Source of the DNA: Lutibacter sp.
GTDB lineage: Bacteria > Bacteroidota > Bacteroidia > Flavobacteriales > Flavobacteriaceae
Direction: 5' to 3'
DNA: 64,000 nucleotides
NCBI RefSeq assembly: GCF_030692605.1
Contig: NZ_JAUYUD010000093.1
Span: 34-64,033, forward strand
Numbering within the stretch: position 1 is the first letter of the stretch; the number at the start of each line of letters is the position of its first letter. A program made the translations under genes and the position numbers. The notes below the pieces were generated by a model. The model searched no databases, was not told the origin of the DNA, and saw only the letters and a program-made list of their open reading frames with translations. This document shows, in pieces, positions 7,078 to 16,086 of the stretch.

Positions 7078-10000
7078 CTATACTTTTTTTATTTTTCCAG
7101 AAACTGAAATTTTTACTTTTATTGGATTAAAGTTTACCCAACCGGTTTTCCCTTCTCCAAAACCTTGAATTCTAATATAATAAGGTTGAAAGTTATTCTG
7201 TATTGATGATTCCGTATTTAATCGAAATTCATAAAATTTAGACGATAATTTCTGAACCCTAAACAAATGTTCTTTCAAATTTTCATAATCGGGATTTTCC
7301 CAATCAATTTCATCATCATCTAAACCCAACAAAAACATATCATTAATATGCAAAGTAGTTACAATTTCTTTTCCATTTATTGGCAATTGGTAAACTTCCT
7401 GTTTTTGCCTTTTACGTTCAACTGCTGTCCAAAAAGTAACAATTTCTTCATTTAAATCATCATTAATATCTTTATAAATTAAAACATGATGGTTATTTCT
7501 AGGGTTTACCCATTGGTTGGTATTGTCTTTTAATTGTTCTGCTCCTCCAATATTTTCTTTCATTCTTACTTTTAAAACAGGCACAGGGTTTCCGTTTTTA
7601 TTGGGCAAAAATATTTGGGGTTGCTTAATTCCATTTTCATCAACTATAAAAAACGCATTATCAGGTACGTTTCCTTTTACGTAACCCCCCATCACATTCA
7701 CTTGTTTTAAAATTAAATTTTTTATGGTTTCATCAACAACTTTATTCACCTGTTTTTCAGTAACTAATGTATCAATAGGCTTTCTAATATGGAAAGCCTC
7801 TGAACCAAATGGCGCTATTCTTTGACCATATACAAATTCTTTATGCAATTGTCCTCTTGCCGCAACACCTGTGTTTTTATATATTTTACCATTCTTTTTT
7901 GTGGTATGGTTTCTTAAGGTAATTGTATTGTTAACCTTTTTATGTGAAACCAATATTTTATGAATCATGTTTTCTGCATCACTGTTAAAACCTTCCCAAG
8001 GCATTGGAAAATCTTTTAAATCGTAATTACGGTTATACCTGTTCCATTTTGATAATTCTTGTAAATAGCTTGTTTTACTGCAAGCCATAACCAAGGCGTC
8101 AACTGCATGATGTCGATGATCTTCCCGTGTTTTTTCGCCATCATCTTCATTTAATATATAATTTAAACCCCACTTTTGGCGTAAATTGGCGGTCATTTGC
8201 CCAGGTGCAACTGTCACCTTTTCACAAATTTGCGATAAATAATTTTTTGCTTCTTTACTTATAAATCTTGTGTCATTTAATTGTCTTGAAGAAAAATCAT
8301 CATCAAATTTTTGTTGAACAAACCTTTTAAACTTTTGATATGATTTAGGATATTCTTTAGTATCCGAAAATAATTTTAAAGCCCGTTCCTTAATTGCTGA
8401 CCAATTCGCTTCATCATTTCCGTAAAATTCAAAAGGAGTTTTATCACCTTTTAACCTATTTTCATCAGCATAACAAAGTGTTTTATTCGCAAAACTATCA
8501 TTTAATGAGCGACTCCAAGGGTGAATATGTTCAATTTGAATTTCACCAGTAAACAATTTATGAAGCGGTATTGAAGCTCCTGTATATGGGCAAGTTTTTT
8601 TACACTCTTCCCACAATTTATATTTCAATAAACTTTCATGAGTTACTCGTTGGCCTTCTTCTTCAATTCTTGCTTTTACCCTATCATTTTCTCTTTCAAG
8701 TCTTTTTTGCTCATTTCTAAGATTATTTCTTTGTGATTTGGAAGCTTTTAAGTCACGAGCCATTTCAACTTTAATTTCATCTAATTTTCCGTATTGATCA
8801 ATTAATTCATTCACCAATTTACGCACTTCAAACAATGCTGTTATTACAATTGGGTTTTTAATTGCCTGAATAGTTTTATCAGCAGTATTATCTACAGGAA
8901 GTTTTTTTAAAATTGTTTTAGCTTCAATGGTTGCTGAATGATGGTATAATTTTTTAAGTTGTATATCAGTAAAATTATATTCATTTTTAAGAACTTCTTT
9001 TATTGTCTCAATAAAACCGCCCGTAATTTTAGTTCTAACAATAGCGGGAATATTGTCTAAAATAAAGTCCTTTTTATTTTTTTCTAATTGTTCCCAATCT
9101 TCCCCAAAAATACTTTTTACGCCACCTAATACAACAGCAATATCATATACAAATCCCATTTCTAAAAACGGCAATATATTATTAATCGCTTTTCTGCTTA
9201 AATTTGAATAACCCTCTTTTAAGTTAAATTTTGAAATAGCAGTTGCTTGCTCTTCATTAAAACCCCATTTATCAATTGCATATACTTTAACTTTATCTTT
9301 ACTATCAAAAAAGTGCAGTACGTGCCAAATATCTTCCTGTTCTTTTTCAGAATATTCGAACCATTTATTGCCAAAATATTTTTTGTTAGAAAGATTTGAA
9401 ATGGTATATGTTCCCACAATCTTATCATCATCTTTGTAATTAAACTTAAACTCTGCACTTATTCTACCAATTGCTTTCCTTAAATCTTTAAATAACGGTT
9501 TTTCCTTTTGTAAAAGAACACCAATCATCTTTTCTCTTTCAAGTTCATTTAGTTTATTCCCATTATATTCAACAGTATTTACCCATTGATAGATACGAAA
9601 CAACTCAAATGGAATTGCACTTAATGGGCATTTTGTCTTTGTTGGCTCAAATGAACAATTACCAACCAAATGTTTTTGAGAACGAAGCGGACGTTGGTGA
9701 AATATAATGCCGTCTTCATTATAGCCATCACTTTTTCTGCCACCAAAAATAGTTTTTAACTCATCCGATAATTCTGAATGATAGTGAACTTGCTTTTTCC
9801 AAATCAATTCAAATTCATCAACATACATTTGTCTTGTTGTATATCTATTTCTAATTCGCTCAATATCTTTTGAGAATGGTTCATTATCTTTAGGATAAAT
9901 TTCAAAAAGATAAGAACCTAAAGTTTTTCCTTTAATACTTTCTCTTGTTTCATCAATACCTATTTTCCCTTCTTTAGGTTTGCCTTTATAAATTGCTCCA

Positions 10001-10464
10001 TCATCCTTTCCAGCACTTCTGCTATTACTCAAAAAACCCCTTCGTTGTATTAAATGATAAAAAATTCGTCCAAGTTCTTCCAATGAAATTTTTTCATTTA
10101 AAGCCTTATTTCTTAATTCGTATGGATTCAAAGCAAACCATCCTTTAAGCTTACTCTCTGGAAACCTTTTGGTATTTTTCCATTCTTCAAAATCTTCAGT
10201 TTGGAGAGGACACATTTTAACCTCTGAAAGGGTCTTCAACAGAATCTTTTTTCTTAACCTTCTTCTAAATAGTTGTCTCCTCACTCCTCTTGCACCAGTT
10301 CTTGAAGCATTTTTTGACATTTCTCTTCCTTCACCATCTCCTAAATTTTCAACTCCCATAGGAAATATCCTGCTTCCAATGCCTAAAATTTTATTTTGTG
10401 TATCATCCACAACCGCCCAACCAATAGAGTTAGTGCCTAGGTCTAGTCCTAAAATTTTTGTCAT
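7078..10464 (-). CDS. cas9: CRISPR-associated endonuclease Cas9, type II-C, compact (1128 aa)
   Basis: Motifs seen: RuvC-I ILGLDLGTNSIGWAVV, Arg-rich bridge helix RRQLFRRRLRKK, RuvC-II IKVEMARDL, HNH IEHIHPWSRSLNDSFANKTLCYADENRLKGDKTPFE, and RuvC-III HRHHAVDALV. A tracrRNA, the array, cas1 and cas2 are in the locus, and there is no csn2 or cas4. Confidence 0.96.
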   Translation of the reverse strand: MTKILGLDLGTNSIGWAVVDDTQNKILGIGSRIFPMGVENLGDGEGREMSKNASRTGARGVRRQLFRRRLRKKILLKTLSEVKMCPLQTEDFEEWKNTKRFPESKLKGWFALNPYELRNKALNEKISLEELGRIFYHLIQRRGFLSNSRSAGKDDGAIYKGKPKEGKIGIDETRESIKGKTLGSYLFEIYPKDNEPFSKDIERIRNRYTTRQMYVDEFELIWKKQVHYHSELSDELKTIFGGRKSDGYNEDGIIFHQRPLRSQKHLVGNCSFEPTKTKCPLSAIPFELFRIYQWVNTVEYNGNKLNELEREKMIGVLLQKEKPLFKDLRKAIGRISAEFKFNYKDDDKIVGTYTISNLSNKKYFGNKWFEYSEKEQEDIWHVLHFFDSKDKVKVYAIDKWGFNEEQATAISKFNLKEGYSNLSRKAINNILPFLEMGFVYDIAVVLGGVKSIFGEDWEQLEKNKKDFILDNIPAIVRTKITGGFIETIKEVLKNEYNFTDIQLKKLYHHSATIEAKTILKKLPVDNTADKTIQAIKNPIVITALFEVRKLVNELIDQYGKLDEIKVEMARDLKASKSQRNNLRNEQKRLERENDRVKARIEEEGQRVTHESLLKYKLWEECKKTCPYTGASIPLHKLFTGEIQIEHIHPWSRSLNDSFANKTLCYADENRLKGDKTPFEFYGNDEANWSAIKERALKLFSDTKEYPKSYQKFKRFVQQKFDDDFSSRQLNDTRFISKEAKNYLSQICEKVTVAPGQMTANLRQKWGLNYILNEDDGEKTREDHRHHAVDALVMACSKTSYLQELSKWNRYNRNYDLKDFPMPWEGFNSDAENMIHKILVSHKKVNNTITLRNHTTKKNGKIYKNTGVAARGQLHKEFVYGQRIAPFGSEAFHIRKPIDTLVTEKQVNKVVDETIKNLILKQVNVMGGYVKGNVPDNAFFIVDENGIKQPQIFLPNKNGNPVPVLKVRMKENIGGAEQLKDNTNQWVNPRNNHHVLIYKDINDDLNEEIVTFWTAVERKRQKQEVYQLPINGKEIVTTLHINDMFLLGLDDDEIDWENPDYENLKEHLFRVQKLSSKFYEFRLNTESSIQNNFQPYYIRIQGFGEGKTGWVNFNPIKVKISVSGKIKKV

Positions 10465-10598
10465 AATGTATGTGTAATTAGCAATTTATATTACAGAATC
10501 TTAAAATTAAACATTTTTACAATAGAAAAAACAATCTGCTTAATATTTAGAATGAGTAAAAATTAAGGTTTAAAAATAAATGCTATTAAATAAATGTA

Positions 10599-10606
10599 TA
10601 TATTTG
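10599..10606 (+). promoter_or_regulatory. Bacteroidota-type -7 promoter box (TATATTTG) for the tracrRNA
   Basis: Matches the TAnnTTTG consensus and lies about 15 nt upstream of the anti-repeat. Confidence 0.5.
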
Positions 10607-10611
10607 AGTTG

Positions 10612-10703
10612 TGAAAAAATTACTCTAATCTTTAATCTTATCACAATAAGGCTATATGCCGTAGATGAAAATCTTAAGTCCTGCTTCGGTGGGACTTTTT
10701 TTT
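10612..10703 (+). ncRNA. tracrRNA (5' end approximate)
   Basis: The anti-repeat ACTCTAATCTTTAATCTTATCACAAT (10622-10647) pairs with crRNA repeat positions 1-25 apart from a 2-nt internal mismatch. It is followed by AAGGCTATATGCCGTAG, which resembles the AAGGCTAGTCCGT nexus of known tracrRNAs. A terminator follows: AGUCCUGC-UUCG-GUGGGACU plus U8 (10677-10703). The gene is divergent from cas9. Confidence 0.85.
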
Positions 10704-10787
10704 GCTTTATTTCAACAATTTTATTTTAAAAAATTACAAAACCAACGTCTTATTCTAAGTTTTAACAACATTACAAGTCGTTAAATT

Positions 10788-10877
10788 GGCTTAACTACTC
10801 AAGAAATACAAAAATCTTGGGAACCAAAAATTGAAGAATTTAAAAAAATTAGAGCAAAGTATTTAATCTATAACTAA
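10788..10877 (+). pseudogene. Orphan 3' fragment (30 codons plus stop) of a DUF1343 gene; direct repeat copy B
   Basis: It translates to GLTTQEIQKSWEPKIEEFKKIRAKYLIYN*, versus GLTAQEIQKSWQPKIEEFKKIRAKYLLYE* at the end of the intact gene. An in-frame TAA lies immediately upstream, so the fragment is not part of a longer ORF. Confidence 0.85.
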
Positions 10878-10924
10878 ATATACAAAACTAAAAAGCCCAA
10901 TGTATTACCATCAGGCCGTTTAGT

Positions 10925-11425
10925 TTATGCGCTTTGTCTTTTTGAAGTTAATGTATTATTAATAATCTTATTCCATTTTTCAACTAGAGCTAGTTCTCCA
11001 TTCATTTGAGTACTCACATCCGTATTATAAAATTCCAAAATTATTTCTCGTTTACTTTTATCAATTATTGTCAAACATAATTCAAGCTTGTCAATAATTA
11101 CATAATCTTCATTATTGCTTTTTAACGTTCTCGAAATAGTATGAACGCTACATTTTTGAATTGAATGAAAATCTACACTATGATTAATTTCAAGATCATC
11201 TGTTTTTCTGTAAAAAAATAACTTGTGTGAGGTTTCACTCATACCAATTATTGTAGTATCCCAAAGATCATATAGAGATATTTTGGTGTCAGCTTCATTT
11301 GCCAAATTTTGAAGCGATTGTAAAATTTGTTTTTCTTTATTTTTTCTACTTCTACTTGCTAATACTATTGGTACAACAAATACCATTATCATTATAGCTC
11401 CTACTAAAAAAGTTCCTAAATCCAT
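10925..11425 (-). CDS. Hypothetical membrane-anchored protein
   Basis: 166-aa ORF with one N-terminal TM helix (FLVGAIMIMVFVVPIVLA). No motif was recognised. Confidence 0.5.
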   Translation of the reverse strand: MDLGTFLVGAIMIMVFVVPIVLASRSRKNKEKQILQSLQNLANEADTKISLYDLWDTTIIGMSETSHKLFFYRKTDDLEINHSVDFHSIQKCSVHTISRTLKSNNEDYVIIDKLELCLTIIDKSKREIILEFYNTDVSTQMNGELALVEKWNKIINNTLTSKRQSA

Positions 11426-11532
11426 TTTTAAATTATTAAATTGTTTTTGATAAATATGTCTTTTAGCTATTAAATAAAAATAGCTATGACTTTTGTTTTT
11501 GAATTAATCCTTAAAAAATCAAAAAAAATCTA

Positions 11533-11910
11533 TTACCAAAAATAATGGAAGGGAAAAATAATATCACTCTTTTTAAACCTATTTATGAAGTTTATAGAGT
11601 TAGATGTGTACTGCGTGTATGTTGAGAAGAAAATTTGTTCTACTACTTCAGGAAATGTTAAGTAATCTTCACAAAATATTCTAAAATTAGATGTTTGCCC
11701 AAAAGTTGAATTTATTGTTAGGTTTTCTAATTGGACTGCATAAAAAAATGATGATACATTATCAATAGAAATATTTTCATTTTTTTCTATTTTTGAAGTA
11801 TCTAGAGTCTTACAATTTTTAACAATTGAATTATCTGCATTATTCCAACTAGAAGAAAAAACGAAAAAGGCTAAACCAAAAAATACGACTATTTTAAATA
11901 CTTTTTTCAC
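11533..11910 (-). CDS. Hypothetical secreted protein
   Basis: 125-aa ORF with an N-terminal signal-like hydrophobic segment. No motif was recognised. Confidence 0.45.
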   Translation of the reverse strand: MKKVFKIVVFFGLAFFVFSSSWNNADNSIVKNCKTLDTSKIEKNENISIDNVSSFFYAVQLENLTINSTFGQTSNFRIFCEDYLTFPEVVEQIFFSTYTQYTSNSINFINRFKKSDIIFPFHYFW

Positions 11911-11996
11911 TTCACAAAAGTATATAAAAAAGTATTCGAATAATTATAAATTTTTACTTTTTCAATTTTTATTAAAACATTAAAAAAAAATCAAAA

Positions 11997-12494
11997 TTAC
12001 ACAGGTAATTTTAGTTTTAAAGCCTCTATAATATTATAAGCAGCAGGACAAATCTCTGTGTTTTTCAACGTTAAATCAGCAATTTGAATAAATTTTCTTC
12101 TATTTGTATGTGGATATTCGCTACAAGCTTTCGGTCGAACATCATATATACTGCACGTATTATCGTTCAAATCTAAAAAAGAGCAAGGTGCAGTTTTTAA
12201 AACAAAAAAATCATCTTCATCACGTTCTAAATAAGTTGTTGTAAAATCTAACACTTTCATTCTAAAATGCTTCGAAATTCGTTCAATATCTTTTAGTGTA
12301 AAAATAGGACTTGTAGTTTTACAACAATTTCCACAATCTAAACAATCCGTTTTTTCAAATTCTTTGTCATGTAATTCTTGCATGACCAAATCCAAATTTT
12401 TAGGTAATCTTTTCTTTAATTTTTGAAAATATTTTTTACTTTCTACTAATTTTTCTTTGGCTAAATCTGGCAACTCTTTTATAAACTCCTTCAT
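11997..12494 (-). CDS. YkgJ family cysteine-cluster protein (CxxCxxCC, UPF0153)
   Basis: Contains CLDCGNCC and a second Cys cluster, CSFLDLNDNTCSIYDVRPKACSEYP. Confidence 0.75.
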   Translation of the reverse strand: MKEFIKELPDLAKEKLVESKKYFQKLKKRLPKNLDLVMQELHDKEFEKTDCLDCGNCCKTTSPIFTLKDIERISKHFRMKVLDFTTTYLERDEDDFFVLKTAPCSFLDLNDNTCSIYDVRPKACSEYPHTNRRKFIQIADLTLKNTEICPAAYNIIEALKLKLPV

Positions 12495-12543
12495 CCTTTT
12501 AATTTATGAGCAAAAATACAACTAAATATTTTTTAAAATTATG

Positions 12544-12551
12544 TATTTTTG
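12544..12551 (+). promoter_or_regulatory. -7 promoter box TATTTTTG upstream of argS
   Basis: Matches TAnnTTTG, 28 nt upstream of the ATG at 12579. It overlaps the TTG start proposed by the ORF track. Confidence 0.4.
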
Positions 12552-12578
12552 CACTTCAAAATATTTCAGCAAAAAATT

Positions 12579-14348
12579 ATGCATCACATTTTAGAGCAAG
12601 CCGTTAAAGATGGTTTTAAAAATAAATATAATGTTTCCATAGATTCTGTTGAATTTCAGGCAACAAGAAAAGAATTTGAAGGCGATATTACTATTGTTAT
12701 TTTTGCATTTTTACGCCATATTAAAGGAAATCCTGTTGAAATTGGAACAAATTTAGGAACCTATTTGAAAGAAAATGTAGTTGAAGTAACTGATTTTAAT
12801 GTGGTCAAAGGATTTTTAAATTTAGTAATATCAGATTCCTATTTTTTACAAAATTTCCATTCCATATACACTACTAATTCTTATGGAATAACGAAACCCG
12901 ATCCGAATGAAAAAGCCGTAATGGTTGAATATTCTTCACCAAATACCAACAAACCCTTGCATTTGGGTCATATTAGAAATAATTTATTAGGGTACTCCGT
13001 TGCTGAAATCATAAAAGCTTCAGGTAAAAAAGTATATAAAACTCAAATCATTAACGACCGTGGTATTCATATTTGTAAGAGTATGTTAGCTTGGCAACGT
13101 TTTGGAAATGGAGAAACACCTAAAAGTACTGGTTTAAAAGGAGATAAGTTAGTTGGCAATTATTATGTAAAGTTTGACCAAGAATATAAAAAAGAAATTT
13201 CACAATTAATTTCTGGAGGAAAAACTGAAGAAGAAGCAAAAAAACTAGCTCCAATCTTAGTTGAAGCTCAAGAAATGCTTTTAAAATGGGAATCTGGGGA
13301 CTCGCAAGTTGTTTCTTTATGGAAAGAAATGAATGAGTGGGTTTATGCTGGCTTTAATGAAACCTACAATGCTCTTGGTGTTGATTTCGATAAAAATTAT
13401 TATGAAAGTGATACCTACTTATTAGGAAAAGATGTTGTAGCACGAGGAATAGAAAAAGGTGTTTTTTATAAAAAAGAAGACGGTTCTGTTTGGATCGATT
13501 TAACAGCTGATGGATTAGATGAAAAGATTGTACTTCGTTCAGACGGTACAGCTGTTTATATGACTCAAGATATAGGAACTGCCATTGAGCGATTTAATGA
13601 TTTCGATTTAAATGAATTGGTTTATACCGTTGGAAATGAGCAAGATTACCATTTTAAAGTACTCTTTTTAATTCTAGAAAAATTAGGCTTTGAGTGGGCT
13701 AAAAATTTATATCATTTATCGTATGGAATGGTTGATTTACCTAGCGGTAAAATGAAATCTAGAGAAGGTACTGTTGTTGATGCTGACGATTTAATTGTTG
13801 AAATGACAGATACAGCAAGAGAAATTTCACAAGATTTAGGGAAATTAGAAGGTTATTCAACTGAAGAAAAAGAAAAATTATATAAAATCATCGGTTTAGG
13901 TGCACTTAAATATTATATTTTAAAAGTAGATCCTAAAAAACGAATTTTATTCGATCCAGAAGAATCTGTAGATTTTGCTGGAAATACTGGTCCATTTATA
14001 CAATATACATACGCAAGAATTCAGTCAATTTTGAGAAAGGCTAGTTTTGATTTTTCAAAAAAAATAATTGAAATCGAATTACATGAGAAAGAACGTTCAG
14101 TAATTAAGCAATTGCAACTGTTCCCTGAAATCATTCAAACTGCCGCTGCTAATCACAGTCCAGCTTTAGTGGCAAATTATACCTATGAATTAGTTAAGGA
14201 ATATAATTCATTCTATCAATCGGTACCCATTTTAGGCTGCGACAATGAAAATGAAAAAATCTTCAGAATTCAATTATCACAAAAAGCAAACGAAGTTATT
14301 AAAACAGCTTTTAGCCTGTTAGGAATTAATGTTCCTGAGAGAATGTAG
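12579..14348 (+). CDS. argS: Arginine--tRNA ligase
   Basis: HIGH-type motif PNTNKPLHLGHIRNN, a KMSKS-like motif GKMKSREG, and a DALR-type anticodon-binding C-terminus. The start was moved to the first ATG (MHHILEQ). Confidence 0.93.
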   Translation: MHHILEQAVKDGFKNKYNVSIDSVEFQATRKEFEGDITIVIFAFLRHIKGNPVEIGTNLGTYLKENVVEVTDFNVVKGFLNLVISDSYFLQNFHSIYTTNSYGITKPDPNEKAVMVEYSSPNTNKPLHLGHIRNNLLGYSVAEIIKASGKKVYKTQIINDRGIHICKSMLAWQRFGNGETPKSTGLKGDKLVGNYYVKFDQEYKKEISQLISGGKTEEEAKKLAPILVEAQEMLLKWESGDSQVVSLWKEMNEWVYAGFNETYNALGVDFDKNYYESDTYLLGKDVVARGIEKGVFYKKEDGSVWIDLTADGLDEKIVLRSDGTAVYMTQDIGTAIERFNDFDLNELVYTVGNEQDYHFKVLFLILEKLGFEWAKNLYHLSYGMVDLPSGKMKSREGTVVDADDLIVEMTDTAREISQDLGKLEGYSTEEKEKLYKIIGLGALKYYILKVDPKKRILFDPEESVDFAGNTGPFIQYTYARIQSILRKASFDFSKKIIEIELHEKERSVIKQLQLFPEIIQTAAANHSPALVANYTYELVKEYNSFYQSVPILGCDNENEKIFRIQLSQKANEVIKTAFSLLGINVPERM

Positions 14349-14511
14349 GTAGTGAGTTTGATAGTGTGAAGTTGAAAGTTGGGAAAGGACAAACTATAAT
14401 TTAGTAAAACCGTAATGAATGAAAATTGTATAATCTGTCATATAAATTATTGTTCGAAAACAATTTAGTAGATTAATACTTCTTTTAATAATTAAAAAAT
14501 AAATAATTACT

Positions 14512-14519
14512 TAAATTTG
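14512..14519 (+). promoter_or_regulatory. -7 promoter box TAAATTTG upstream of lpd
   Basis: Matches TAnnTTTG, 40 nt upstream of the ATG. Confidence 0.4.
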
Positions 14520-14558
14520 CTATGTTAAGCAACATTATTAAATAAAAATACACATAAA

Positions 14559-15947
14559 ATGAAATACGATATTATAATTATAGGAAGTGGGCCAGGAGGA
14601 TATGTTACTGCTATTAGAGCTTCTCAACTAGGTTTTAAAGTTGCTGTTGTAGAGAAAGAAAATTTAGGGGGAATATGCTTAAACTGGGGATGTATTCCAA
14701 CAAAAGCCCTTTTAAAAAGTGCGCAAGTTTATGATTATTTGAAACATGTTGATGCGTATGGTTTAAAAGCAGAGGCGATTGATAAAGATTTTTCAGCAGT
14801 TATTGAAAGAAGTAGAAATATTGCTGATGGTATGAGTAAAGGCGTTCAGTTTTTAATGAAAAAAAATAAAATTGATGTAATTGACGGTTTTGGAAAAATT
14901 AAAACTGGTAAAAAAGTTGATGTAACTGATGCTGAAGGAAAAGTTACTGAATATAGTGCCGACCATATTATTATTGCAACTGGGGCTCGGTCTAAAGAAT
15001 TACCGAACTTACCACAAGATGGTAAAAAAGTAATTGGATACCGTCAAGCTATGACATTACCTAGCCAACCTAAAAAAATGATTGTTGTTGGCTCTGGAGC
15101 AATTGGCGCTGAATTTGCTCATTTTTATAATGCAATGGGAACTGACGTTACCATTGTAGAATTTTTACCTTATCTAGTTCCACTAGAAGATATTGATGTG
15201 TCAAAACAGTTTGAACGTTCGTTCAAAAAAGCTGGTATTACAGTGATGACTAATTCTTCCGTTGAATCTGTTGATACTTCTGGAAAAGGGGTAAAAGCGG
15301 TGGTAAAAACCAAAAAAGGAGAAGAAATAGTAGAAGCTGATGTAATACTTTCGGCGGTAGGTATTAAATCCAATATTGAAAATATTGGTTTAGAAGATGT
15401 TGGAATTGTGGTTGACAGAGATAAAATTTTAGTAAACGACTTTTATCAAACAAACATACCTGGTTATTATGCCATTGGTGATATTGTTCCAGGTCCTGCA
15501 TTGGCGCATGTGGCCTCCGCAGAAGGAATAACTTGTGTTGAAAAAATTGCAGGCTTACATACAGAAAAAATAGATTATGGTAACATACCTGGTTGTACGT
15601 ATGCAACTCCAGAAATTGCAAGCGTTGGATTAACTGAAGAGCAAGCAAAAGAAAAAGGATACGAACTAAAAGTTGGTAAATTTCCATTTTCTGCTTCTGG
15701 TAAAGCAAAAGCTGCCGGAACACCAGATGGTTTTGTAAAGGTAATTTTTGATGCCAAATATGGTGAGTGGCTAGGTTGCCACATGATTGGTGCTGGTGTA
15801 ACAGATATGATTGCTGAAGCCGTTTTAGGAAGGAAACTTGAAACAACAGGACATGAAGTATTAAAAACAATTCATCCTCACCCAACAATGAGTGAAGCTG
15901 TTATGGAAGCAGTTGCCGATGCATATGGTGAAGTAATTCATTTATAA
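14559..15947 (+). CDS. lpd: Dihydrolipoyl dehydrogenase
   Basis: FAD-binding motif IIIGSGPGGY, redox-active disulfide GGICLNWGCIPTK, and C-terminal HPHPTMSE. Confidence 0.93.
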   Translation: MKYDIIIIGSGPGGYVTAIRASQLGFKVAVVEKENLGGICLNWGCIPTKALLKSAQVYDYLKHVDAYGLKAEAIDKDFSAVIERSRNIADGMSKGVQFLMKKNKIDVIDGFGKIKTGKKVDVTDAEGKVTEYSADHIIIATGARSKELPNLPQDGKKVIGYRQAMTLPSQPKKMIVVGSGAIGAEFAHFYNAMGTDVTIVEFLPYLVPLEDIDVSKQFERSFKKAGITVMTNSSVESVDTSGKGVKAVVKTKKGEEIVEADVILSAVGIKSNIENIGLEDVGIVVDRDKILVNDFYQTNIPGYYAIGDIVPGPALAHVASAEGITCVEKIAGLHTEKIDYGNIPGCTYATPEIASVGLTEEQAKEKGYELKVGKFPFSASGKAKAAGTPDGFVKVIFDAKYGEWLGCHMIGAGVTDMIAEAVLGRKLETTGHEVLKTIHPHPTMSEAVMEAVADAYGEVIHL

Positions 15948-15968
15948 ACTTATATAGTTTTTTAAAAG

Positions 15969-15993
15969 TCCAACAAATTGTTGGATTTTTTTT
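15969..15993 (+). terminator. Rho-independent terminator after lpd
   Basis: Palindrome tccaacaaattgttgga followed by T8. Confidence 0.75.
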
Positions 15994-16086
15994 GTTTTAA
16001 ACCATATGAAAAATAAATTTGATAACCTTTTTATGATTTCATATATTTGGTAAAAAATAACGCTAAATAACACTCAAACTATTAAT

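Noticed and set aside
9219-10477. ORFs of 79 aa and 102 aa (9219-9458 minus strand, 10169-10477 plus strand) within cas9
   Set aside because: Both are embedded in or antisense to the strongly supported cas9 frame and have low-complexity composition. The same applies to other nested or antisense track ORFs, for example 320-526, 610-798, 1569-1799, 15170-15373, 15364-15888, 36703-37065 and 54300-54707.
10495-10512. gaatcttaaaattaaaca upstream of cas9 as an additional anti-repeat-like site
   Set aside because: It shares only about 8-9 scattered nucleotides with the repeat, which is within chance for this AT-rich sequence.
12549-12578. N-terminal extensions proposed by the ORF track for argS, and similarly for 28785-28820, 39642-39683, 53281-53325, 57544-57582 and 58740-58808
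   Set aside because: The extensions overlap a TAnnTTTG promoter box (argS), a terminator hairpin (53295-53318), the upstream gene (39664-39683) or a candidate operator (oxyR). Downstream ATG codons give conserved-looking N-termini.
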